A DNA stretch of 64,000 nt from an uncultured Syntrophaceae bacterium (GTDB lineage Bacteria; Desulfobacterota; Syntrophia; Syntrophales; UBA2210), in NCBI GenBank assembly GCA_964610735.1, contig CAZSYH010000003.1:8083-72082 (forward strand). Direction: 5' to 3'. The translations under genes and the position numbers were made by a program. Below the pieces are notes generated by a model. It saw only the letters and a list, made by a program, of their open reading frames with translations. It was not told the origin of the DNA and searched no databases. Shown in pieces: positions 17,361 through 25,045 of this stretch. Each line of letters opens with the position of its first letter. Position 1 is the first letter of the stretch.

Positions 17361-18182
17361 ATGGCAATGATAGGAGGCAGAAAGGAACTGTTAGAGAAGT
17401 TTACGCAACAGGAGATGATGTGTTGCGCTAGCGCCAGGCACATCCCCAATGACGCCATTATGGACATTGGTGTGGGATTGGGTCTGGTTGCGGCAAATCT
17501 GGCTAAAAGTGTTTACTCGCCTGAAGCCGTCTTCATGTATGAGAGTGGCTCCATAGATGCCACCGTTGTGGGTGACAGGCTGCCCGAGGGCATCGATGAC
17601 TCCTGTATCCAGGCAGATACGCCCTGTATCACCGACGTACTTCACGTGCTGGGATGGGCCACCATGAGTGGCAAAAGCACCCATACCCTGATCGGATTTG
17701 CCCAGGTAGATAAATTCGGCAATGTGAATACCACCTGCATGGGTAATTACTATGACCCTGATGTCAGATTCCCCGGCAGTGGCGGAGCTCATGATCTGGG
17801 CACCGGTGCCCTTCATCCGATCCTGCTGGGCCCGCAAACCAGGAGAAGCCTGGTGGACAAGCTCGATTACAAGACTACGCTGGGCTATGGGGAGGATGGC
17901 CATTTCCGCGACAGGATGTGGTACCCCGGGAAAGGCCCCATGGTGATAGTTACAAACCTGGGAGAATATACACCAGACCCTGTAACACATGAGTTTATCC
18001 TTACCGGCGTTATGGCCTACAGCACAGTGGAGGAATGTGTGGAGAATTGCGCCTGGGATTTGAAAGTCTCACCCGATGTAAAAGAGATTGCACCTCCAAC
18101 AGCTGAAGAGACAAGGATGCTCAGGGAAGTACTGGACAGTGAGGGCAAGAATACCGGCTGGACCAAGCTGGTCAATAAATAA
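17361..18182 (+). CDS. Glutaconate-type (family I) CoA-transferase, subunit B-like
   Basis: Trimmed to ATG 17361 (SD AAAGGAGG). VGLGLVAANLAKSVYSPEAVFMYESGS (catalytic-Glu ESG context) and IGFAQVDKFGNVNTT...RFPGSGGA resemble GctB as I recall it. Confidence 0.75.
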   Translation: MAMIGGRKELLEKFTQQEMMCCASARHIPNDAIMDIGVGLGLVAANLAKSVYSPEAVFMYESGSIDATVVGDRLPEGIDDSCIQADTPCITDVLHVLGWATMSGKSTHTLIGFAQVDKFGNVNTTCMGNYYDPDVRFPGSGGAHDLGTGALHPILLGPQTRRSLVDKLDYKTTLGYGEDGHFRDRMWYPGKGPMVIVTNLGEYTPDPVTHEFILTGVMAYSTVEECVENCAWDLKVSPDVKEIAPPTAEETRMLREVLDSEGKNTGWTKLVNK

Positions 18183-18214
18183 ACCAGATAACTATATAAG
18201 TTAGGAGGTAGATG

Positions 18215-19285
18215 ATGGCAAAGTTGAAATTGATGCGGTTGGAGGAAGCGGTCAAGCGTTTCATCCACACCAGAACGAGTATCGCCTCTTCTGGTTTTCC
18301 GTTGATGCGAAAACCCCAGATCTTCTGGAGAGAGATTCTCAGGCAGCACCTTAATGACAGGATGGACCTTCAAATCATCAGCCCCGGAATGGGGGATGAG
18401 ACCAATGGTTATATGGTAGCCGCGGGACTGGTTGAGAGCTGCGTCACCGTGTTCATCTCTCAGGAGAGGCCGGGGACAAACCCCAGCCTGCGGCGGAGCA
18501 TAGAGACGGGTGTCCCGCGCAGAATAAGGATTGAGGATTACAGTAATCTGAGCATGAATTTAGGGCTGGCAGCCTCTGCTTTAAATGTGCCGTTCATGCC
18601 CTGTCTTTCCGGACGATGGGGAGATTTCAGAAAACCGGGCTTCGGCAGAAGGTTCAATGAAGATGGCACCATCCCTGTTCATCACTATCCCAAGGACATT
18701 GTGATGAAGGATCCCTTCGGCTCGGAGGTTGACGTAGCCCTGATCCAGGGAATCTATCCCGATGTTTCCGTCCTCATGGCTCAGGCCGCTGATCCCTACG
18801 GCAACGCCCTGGTGGTCGGCCAGCTGTCTTATGACGCGTGGTTACCATTCGCGGCAAGGAAACATATCATCGTCGTAGCCGACCGCATAGTGGACACCGC
18901 CGCCTGCAAGCAGTTCCCCAATCTCACGCTGGTACCCGGATTCGCGGTCTCCGCCGTGATTCCATGGTATGGCGGTTCCTGGCCCTGCAATTCCGTAGGA
19001 CACTATGGCGAGGACTTCGATCATATGAGGGAGACGCTGAAGCGGAGCAAGACCCAGGAGGGAGCTGAGGAGTGCATCCGGGATTACTGCCTGTCCTACA
19101 AGGACCATGACGAGTACATGGAGATGATAGGTAAAGACAAGATGACGGAACTGGAGGCGACTCCAACTCGGTATCTTGTTGATCCCTTCCGCGAGTGGTT
19201 TATGAATGACACCGAAGTGGAGAAGCTGATGAAACAGGCTGAGGCAGAGAGAGCTAAGGCCGAAGCAGAAAGCGAAACCAAGTAA
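18215..19285 (+). CDS. Glutaconate-type CoA-transferase, subunit A-like
   Basis: ~356 aa. ...IQGIYPDVSVLMAQAADPYGN..., ...SKTQEGAEECIRDYCLSYKDHDEYMEMIG... resemble GctA. SD AGGAGG at 18203-18208. ATG 18212 is an alternative start. Confidence 0.8.
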   Translation: MAKLKLMRLEEAVKRFIHTRTSIASSGFPLMRKPQIFWREILRQHLNDRMDLQIISPGMGDETNGYMVAAGLVESCVTVFISQERPGTNPSLRRSIETGVPRRIRIEDYSNLSMNLGLAASALNVPFMPCLSGRWGDFRKPGFGRRFNEDGTIPVHHYPKDIVMKDPFGSEVDVALIQGIYPDVSVLMAQAADPYGNALVVGQLSYDAWLPFAARKHIIVVADRIVDTAACKQFPNLTLVPGFAVSAVIPWYGGSWPCNSVGHYGEDFDHMRETLKRSKTQEGAEECIRDYCLSYKDHDEYMEMIGKDKMTELEATPTRYLVDPFREWFMNDTEVEKLMKQAEAERAKAEAESETK

Positions 19286-19311
19286 ATCGGTTGTTTTAAT
19301 ATCGACACCGA

Positions 19312-19340
19312 CTGGGCGAGGTTACCCTCGCCCAGTTTTT
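19312..19340 (+). terminator. Intrinsic terminator of the + strand beta-oxidation operon
   Basis: 10-bp stem CTGGGCGAGG / CCTCGCCCAG, loop TTAC, then TTTTT. Confidence 0.85.
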
Positions 19341-19411
19341 ATTCATTCACCCCCCCCTGGAATTTTTTAACACACAGAAATACCACCCGGGTGATTTATT
19401 GAAAATCAGGC

Positions 19412-19440
19412 TTGACAATAGCTTTTGTTTACAATAATAT
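19412..19440 (+). promoter_or_regulatory. Sigma70-type promoter candidate upstream of the FabD-like gene
   Basis: TTGACA (19412-17), 17-nt spacer, TAATAT (19435-40). A second candidate is an extended -10, TGTTATAAT, at 19561-19569. Confidence 0.5.
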
Positions 19441-19597
19441 CGCTGGAATTTCTGATAAGTTCCTGTCGGCAATTGTACTCCCGCTGCTCATCAAAAGAGG
19501 AGATTCTTACGAACTTCTCACACGGGGTTGTATAAGTTGTGAACGGGGCGGTTATGAGCATGTTATAATCATGAATTAAAAAATAAGGGGTGAGTTT

Positions 19598-20605
19598 ATG
19601 GATAAATCTGTAAAGAAGAGAATAGCTTTTTGTTTTCCCGGACAGGCAACACACTACCCTGGCATGGGGAAAAAAGTTGCCCATGCACACAAAGAAGCCA
19701 TGGAGTTCTTTGAATGGGCTAATGAGCTCACCGGGGCTCCTATCTCCAAGCTGTGCTTTGAAGGCCCTGAAGAAGAGCTGGTACTGACGGAGTTTGCTCA
19801 GCCATCTATCCATACTACCAGTCTGGCTATTCTCCAGGTCCTGGAGAAGCAATACGGTCTCAAAGCCGAAGTTACAGGAGGATACAGCCTTGGGCAGTAC
19901 AGCGCTTTGGTCTATGCCAAGGCCCTGAAATTTGAACAGTCGGTGAAGGTAGTAAAGTACAGGGGCTTCTTTATGCAGACTGCCGTACCCGTGGGAACCG
20001 GGAAAATGGTCGCCCTGCTTGGCATAAACGCGGAAGATGTGGAACAACTCGTCCGCGACTGTGAACCGGCAGGTCATATCCAGATCTCAAATTACAGCTG
20101 CCCGGGTGAGTGTATCATATCCGGACATAATGCATCCATGGATCTCGCCCATAAACTGGCGATCGAGAGGGGTGGCAAGGCCATATTTATACATGTCAGC
20201 GCCCCTTTTCACACCTCGCTGCTCATTCCGGCGGCGAAGAAACTCCTTGTGGAACTGGATAAGATAGACATAAGGGACCCGCAGATACCCTATGTTGATA
20301 ATGTTCCGGGAGGCTATTTTATACCGGGAACGGACGGCGTTAAACTATTCCTGATGACACACGTTTATAAACCGGTGAGGTGGGAGACATCCATGTACGC
20401 CATGCTGGACCAGGGAATCAATACCTTTATCGAACTGGGATCGAGAAATTTCCTGACAAAGGTGAATAAAAGATGCTGCATTGCAAAGGGCAAGGAGGAC
20501 GAGACGCTCTGCCTGAATGTAAGGGACCCGGAGGGTATAGATAACATGCTGCGAGTTATGGAAGATCCGAGTCTTTATAATAAAGAGATCCAAGCTCCAT
20601 ACTAA
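19598..20605 (+). CDS. Malonyl-CoA:ACP transacylase-like acyltransferase (divergent FabD family)
   Basis: 335 aa. FPGQATHYPGMG (canonical FPGQGSQ) and GYSLGQYSAL (canonical GHSLGEYSAL). Catalytic Ser retained, Arg in VKYRGFFMQ retained. Confidence 0.8.
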   Translation: MDKSVKKRIAFCFPGQATHYPGMGKKVAHAHKEAMEFFEWANELTGAPISKLCFEGPEEELVLTEFAQPSIHTTSLAILQVLEKQYGLKAEVTGGYSLGQYSALVYAKALKFEQSVKVVKYRGFFMQTAVPVGTGKMVALLGINAEDVEQLVRDCEPAGHIQISNYSCPGECIISGHNASMDLAHKLAIERGGKAIFIHVSAPFHTSLLIPAAKKLLVELDKIDIRDPQIPYVDNVPGGYFIPGTDGVKLFLMTHVYKPVRWETSMYAMLDQGINTFIELGSRNFLTKVNKRCCIAKGKEDETLCLNVRDPEGIDNMLRVMEDPSLYNKEIQAPY

Positions 20606-20626
20606 ATAAATCATCGGCTAATCACT

Positions 20627-20665
20627 AAAAAGGCCCTCGGGGTGATCATTGGCCGAGGGCCTTTT
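20627..20665. terminator. Bidirectional terminator between the FabD-like gene and gpmI (convergent)
   Basis: AAAGGCCCTCGG (20629-40) / CCGAGGGCCTTT (20653-64), flanked by an A-run and a T-run. Confidence 0.8.
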
Positions 20666-20823
20666 CTATACTTCTCAGCACATCACACTACTTCATTTGC
20701 GGATTATGCCCATGACCCTTATGGGAAGAGAGGGTCCAGCGTTACCGGCTGAGGTATTGTTTTCGGATAATGTGTGAAGGGCTTATACGCAGAGGCGGGT
20801 GACTTAACTCTGTACGGCCCAAG

Positions 20824-22551
20824 CTATGGGTAAAGGGCAGGCCTATCCTCCTGAGTCGTTCCCATTACCCGGATGAGCGGTTCCAGGTAATCATCCGGTT
20901 TCTCGTATCCGAGGAGCAGAAGAATCGTTGAGGCGATGTTTCCGAGTCCCGGGTCCGGGATTCGGGCAAGTTCGTAGCGGCCGGTATCGGGGCCATGTAT
21001 AATGAAGGGAACCGGATTGAGGGTGTGGCTTGTCTGCGGTTTGTACTCTCCGCCTGCTCCCATTACGGGCCTGCCTGTCTTTTCGTCTACGGCTGTCATC
21101 TGCTCGCAGTTTCCATGGTCGGCGGTTATTATCACCGTGCCGCCGAGCCTGTTTGCCGCTTCAATCAGCCTCCCAACCGCCCTGTCCACGGCTCCCACAG
21201 CTTCTACCGCTGCGGGGAGTGATCCTGTGTGTCCCACCATATCTCCATTTGGAAAATTCAGACGGAGGAATCTGTATTTACCGGATTGCATGGCCGAGAT
21301 GGTTTGAGATGCTATTTCATCGGCCTTCATCTCCGGCGCCCGGTCAAAGGGCATCCGGTCGGATTCAATCTCCACCCATTTCTCGATTTTCTCGTTAAAC
21401 ATGGAGGAGTTGTTGCCGTTCCAGAAATAGGTTACATGACCGAATTTCTGCGTCTCGCTTATGGCGTATTGCGCAACGCCGTTCTCTGCCAGGTATTCCG
21501 ACAGCGTGCGATCTATGGCAGGCGGCGCGACGAGATATTCCGGGGGCATTTTTGTGTCTGCGTCATACTCAAGTATGCCGGCATATATGACATCGGGGCG
21601 GCGGTCGCGTCTGAACCCCTTGAAATCGTCTTCAACGAACGCCCGGCTGATCTCAATCGCCCGGTCACCCCGGAAGTTGAACAGGATTACGCCATCCCCG
21701 TCCCTGATTTGAGTGAGGGGTTTGTCCGGGTTATCGGGCGCGTGGATTACCCAGTGTGAGAGATACTGATCGTCAACGATTTCTTTTGAGCGCAGATTCC
21801 TTATGGCTGTGAGACTGTCGGGGAATTTCGGGCCGATACCCAGGACATGGGCGTTGTAGCCCCTTTCAACGATGGACCAGTCTGCCTCATAGCGGTCCAT
21901 CGTGGTCACCATCCGGCCACCTCCGGAGGCAATCAGATACAGGCGTTTTTCTCCCGTCTCCACGGCATGCGCGCGCAGCGACCAGAGATAGTCTTCCAGC
22001 TCACCGAAATAACGAAGGGCGCTGAGGGGGGGCACATCCCGTCCATCCAGGAGGCCGTGCACATATACCTCCTCCACGCCTTCCCTGTCACACTGTCCGA
22101 TCAGTGAGATCAGGTGCGCGATGTTGCTGTGGACATTTCCGTCTGATATGAGGCCTATGAAGTGCACGGGGGTTTTTGCTGCCAGTGAACGGGAGATGAT
22201 CTTTTTCCAGGTCTTTCCCTCGAAGATGCCTCCGCTTTCGATCGCGTCCTCCACGAGTTTTGCCCCCTGCGCGAATATCCGGCCGGCCCCCATGGCGTTG
22301 TGTCCCACTTCGCTGTTTCCCTGGTCTCTGTCCGAGGGCATTCCCACCGCCGTCCCATGCGCCTTGAGTCGGGTCGTTATCTTTTCACTCTCCATGAGGT
22401 GGCACAGGTTTCGCGGGGCCGCGATATCGATGGCGTTTCCGGGGTATCCGTCCTTTTTTCCCCGGTACAGGCCCATGCCGTCCAGGATGATCAGGAGCAG
22501 GGGCCCCTTTACGCCTCCATAATTGGACAGTTCGGTCAGTGTAAAATTCAT
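20824..22551 (-). CDS. gpmI: 2,3-bisphosphoglycerate-independent phosphoglycerate mutase
   Basis: 575 aa. LLLIILDGMG..., ...SEVGHNAMGAGR..., ...ITADHGNCE... are iPGM metal/phosphoserine motifs. Confidence 0.9.
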   Translation of the reverse strand: MNFTLTELSNYGGVKGPLLLIILDGMGLYRGKKDGYPGNAIDIAAPRNLCHLMESEKITTRLKAHGTAVGMPSDRDQGNSEVGHNAMGAGRIFAQGAKLVEDAIESGGIFEGKTWKKIISRSLAAKTPVHFIGLISDGNVHSNIAHLISLIGQCDREGVEEVYVHGLLDGRDVPPLSALRYFGELEDYLWSLRAHAVETGEKRLYLIASGGGRMVTTMDRYEADWSIVERGYNAHVLGIGPKFPDSLTAIRNLRSKEIVDDQYLSHWVIHAPDNPDKPLTQIRDGDGVILFNFRGDRAIEISRAFVEDDFKGFRRDRRPDVIYAGILEYDADTKMPPEYLVAPPAIDRTLSEYLAENGVAQYAISETQKFGHVTYFWNGNNSSMFNEKIEKWVEIESDRMPFDRAPEMKADEIASQTISAMQSGKYRFLRLNFPNGDMVGHTGSLPAAVEAVGAVDRAVGRLIEAANRLGGTVIITADHGNCEQMTAVDEKTGRPVMGAGGEYKPQTSHTLNPVPFIIHGPDTGRYELARIPDPGLGNIASTILLLLGYEKPDDYLEPLIRVMGTTQEDRPALYP

Positions 22552-22589
22552 CGCGACCCTTTTCGATAACTACTCAGGTTGTTTAGACT

Positions 22590-22640
22590 GTAGGCTGAAG
22601 GCATTTAGGTTGCAAAAAGCTAACAGCCTTCAGCCTGAGT
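22590..22640 (-). repeat. REP-like element (same family as 11745-11790), forms a hairpin
   Basis: 11-bp perfect IR AGGCTGAAGGC (22592-22602) / GCCTTCAGCCT (22626-22636). The reverse complement reads AGGCTGAAGGCTGTTAGCTTTTTGCAACCTAAATGCCTTCAGCC. Confidence 0.65.
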
Positions 22641-22649
22641 ATTTGCTAA

Positions 22650-23798
22650 CTATCTCGCCCCAAGCAGCTTCCTGGCAATAACCATCCTCTGGATTTCGTT
22701 GGTGCCTTCGTATATCTGGCATATCTTTGCGTCACGCATATGTCTTTCAGCGGGGTAATCTTTGCAGTACCCATAGCCGCCGAATATCTGAACGCCTTCC
22801 ACCGCGGCTCTCATGGCCACGTCGGAAGCGTACATCTTTGCCATCGCCGATTCTTTTTCGAAGTTGTAGCCGTTATCTTCCAGCCAAGCGGCCTTGAGGA
22901 GGAGCATTTCCGCCGCATCCAGTTCTGTGGCCATGTCGGCCAGTTTCCACTGGATTGCCTGAAATGATGTAATGGGTTTTCCGAACTGCATCCTTTCCTT
23001 CGCGTACGCGAGAGAATCTTCAAGCACGGCCCTGCCTATGCCGCATGCCTGGCATCCAATCCCTATCCTGCCCGCGTTAAGGCCCTCCATCATCTGCTGA
23101 AATCCCTCTCCTGGTTTTCCCAGGAGATTCCCGGCGGGAACTTCCGCGTCTTCAAAGACCAGTTCCGCCGTGCCGGAGGCGAGTATGCCCATCTTGTCCT
23201 CTATGGTTCCGACAGAAAAGCCCGGGGTGTTCTCCAAATCCACAATCAGATTCAAAATGCCCTTGTAACCCTTTGAGGGGTCTTCGGTCGCGGCCAGGAC
23301 GCAGTACTTTGCCACGTTGCCGCTGGTGATAAACTTCTTGACGCCGTTTACGATGTACTTGTCACCCTTCAGCTCCGCGCGGCACCGGAGAGACGCGGCA
23401 TCACAACCCGCTCCCGCTTCCGTAAGGCCGTAGCACCCCTCTACTTCACCGCCGGCAACAGGTGCCAGGAATTTTTTCTTCTGCTCGTCCGTGCCGTATG
23501 TCTTTACGGGATGACCATACAGAGAATTGTTTACCGATGTGATGACGCCGCAGCTCGCGCAGCCTCTGGAAATCTCAATGAGCGCCATGGCATATGTCAC
23601 ATTGTCCATGCCCGCCCCGCCAAACTCCGTCGGAACGGATACACCCATAAGGCCCATCGCGCCTAGTTTCCTGCATATTTCTTCAGGGTGTCTGTGTGTC
23701 TCGTCTAACTCGGCGGCAACGGGTTTTATCTCCTCGTTGACAAACCGAGACACCATGTCCTTTACCATTTGTTGTTCTTCCGTGGGCGCAAAATTCAT
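22650..23798 (-). CDS. Acyl-CoA dehydrogenase (butyryl-CoA dehydrogenase-like)
   Basis: 382 aa. ...GLTEAGAGCDAAS..., ...IYEGTNEIQRMVIAR... SD AAGGAG upstream. Confidence 0.9.
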   Translation of the reverse strand: MNFAPTEEQQMVKDMVSRFVNEEIKPVAAELDETHRHPEEICRKLGAMGLMGVSVPTEFGGAGMDNVTYAMALIEISRGCASCGVITSVNNSLYGHPVKTYGTDEQKKKFLAPVAGGEVEGCYGLTEAGAGCDAASLRCRAELKGDKYIVNGVKKFITSGNVAKYCVLAATEDPSKGYKGILNLIVDLENTPGFSVGTIEDKMGILASGTAELVFEDAEVPAGNLLGKPGEGFQQMMEGLNAGRIGIGCQACGIGRAVLEDSLAYAKERMQFGKPITSFQAIQWKLADMATELDAAEMLLLKAAWLEDNGYNFEKESAMAKMYASDVAMRAAVEGVQIFGGYGYCKDYPAERHMRDAKICQIYEGTNEIQRMVIARKLLGAR

Positions 23799-23843
23799 GA
23801 GAGCACTCCTTTTTCAGTTATTCTAAGGCGGCAAAGCCGCAAA

Positions 23844-23875
23844 GGCATCAGGTATCAGGGCTGATACCTGATGCC
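23844..23875. repeat. Perfect 15-bp inverted repeat (intercistronic hairpin)
   Basis: GGCATCAGGTATCAG gg CTGATACCTGATGCC, lying between the crotonase relic and bcd. Confidence 0.8.
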
Positions 23876-23926
23876 AACATCTGTGCAAAAAACGCAGTTG
23901 TTGAGGATAAAGACCCTGACAGACTT

Positions 23927-24079
23927 TTACCTGCCACTGTAGTTCGGGTTTCTCTTTTCAAGAAAGGCCTTCATCCCTTCCTTCTGATCCCGCGTGCTGA
24001 AGCACTGAGCGCAGCACTCACCCTCGAGTCTGGTGGCGATACCTTCTTCCACGCTGAATATAATATTGCTATATTCCAT
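23927..24079 (-). pseudogene. Enoyl-CoA hydratase relic with an in-frame internal deletion (about 50 of ~260 codons left)
   Basis: MEYSNIIFSVEEGIAT (crotonase N-terminus; compare AEYKNLLFENQDGIGI of 16432..17214) is joined directly to RLEGECCAQCFSTRDQKEGMKAFLEKRNPNYSGR (crotonase C-terminus; compare ...FAVTCATSDKKEGMSAFVDKRKPVFSGK). The long N-terminal extension of track ORF 23927..24235 overlaps hbd and is rejected. Confidence 0.6.
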
Positions 24080-24093
24080 TGCCATGGATCCCT

Positions 24094-24954
24094 TTATTCT
24101 TCGCTGTAATCGTAAAAACCTCTTCCCGTCTTTCTTCCGAGGTATCCCGCGTCCACGTATTTCCTGAGGAGCGGGCAGGGGCGATATTTCGAATCGCCGA
24201 GTCCTTTGTGGAGGACTTCCATGATCGCGAGGCATGTATCGAGGCCGATAAGATCGGCCAGCTTCAGTGGTCCCATCGGGTGGTTCATTCCGAGCGTCAT
24301 AATGCTGTCGATGGCCTCCACGGGACCCACTCCTTCATAGAGGGCGTAGATCGCTTCGTTTAACATGGTTATGAGCACCCTGTTCGATATGAATCCGGGG
24401 GAATCGTTGCATGCAATGGGAATCTTGCCGAATTTTGTGGAGAGGGCTTCCGTCAGAAGAAAGGTCTCTTCCGATGTGGCAAGGCCTTTGATGATTTCAA
24501 CAAGCTTCATGACGGGCACGGGGTTCATGAAATGCATACCAATGACAAGGTCCGGCCTTTTTGTGGCAGCGGCAATCCTGGTGATCGGGATGGATGATGT
24601 GTTCGAGGCGAGCACAACCCCCGATTTGCAGGCTGTGTCCAGCTTTCTGAATATTTCGAGCTTCAGATCTTCCCTTTCTATAGCCGCCTCCACTACAAAA
24701 TCCGCGTTTTTCATATCCTCGAGACTCGTGCTTTTTTGTATGCGGCCGAGGATTTCCGCCTTCTTGTCTTCCGAGAGCTTATCTTTTTTGATCAATCTGT
24801 CGAGGTTTTTAGAAATAGCGTTAAATCCCCTCTCGACGAATTCATCGGCAATATCGTTCATAATGACATTCAGACCACCCTGATGCGCGGCGACCTGAGC
24901 TATTCCGTTTCCCATCTGACCGGCTCCTACTACGCCGAAAGTTTTTATCTCCAT
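24094..24954 (-). CDS. hbd: 3-hydroxybutyryl-CoA dehydrogenase
   Basis: 286 aa. [20 protein letters not shown] Rossmann motif. Confidence 0.9.
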   Translation of the reverse strand: MEIKTFGVVGAGQMGNGIAQVAAHQGGLNVIMNDIADEFVERGFNAISKNLDRLIKKDKLSEDKKAEILGRIQKSTSLEDMKNADFVVEAAIEREDLKLEIFRKLDTACKSGVVLASNTSSIPITRIAAATKRPDLVIGMHFMNPVPVMKLVEIIKGLATSEETFLLTEALSTKFGKIPIACNDSPGFISNRVLITMLNEAIYALYEGVGPVEAIDSIMTLGMNHPMGPLKLADLIGLDTCLAIMEVLHKGLGDSKYRPCPLLRKYVDAGYLGRKTGRGFYDYSEE

Positions 24955-25045
24955 AAATTCTTTTCCTTTCCGTTCCTGCTATCTGGGGACATGATCCCGA
25001 TTTGATGGAACTAAATCCGGTCATGTCCCCAAGCAAGATATTTGT

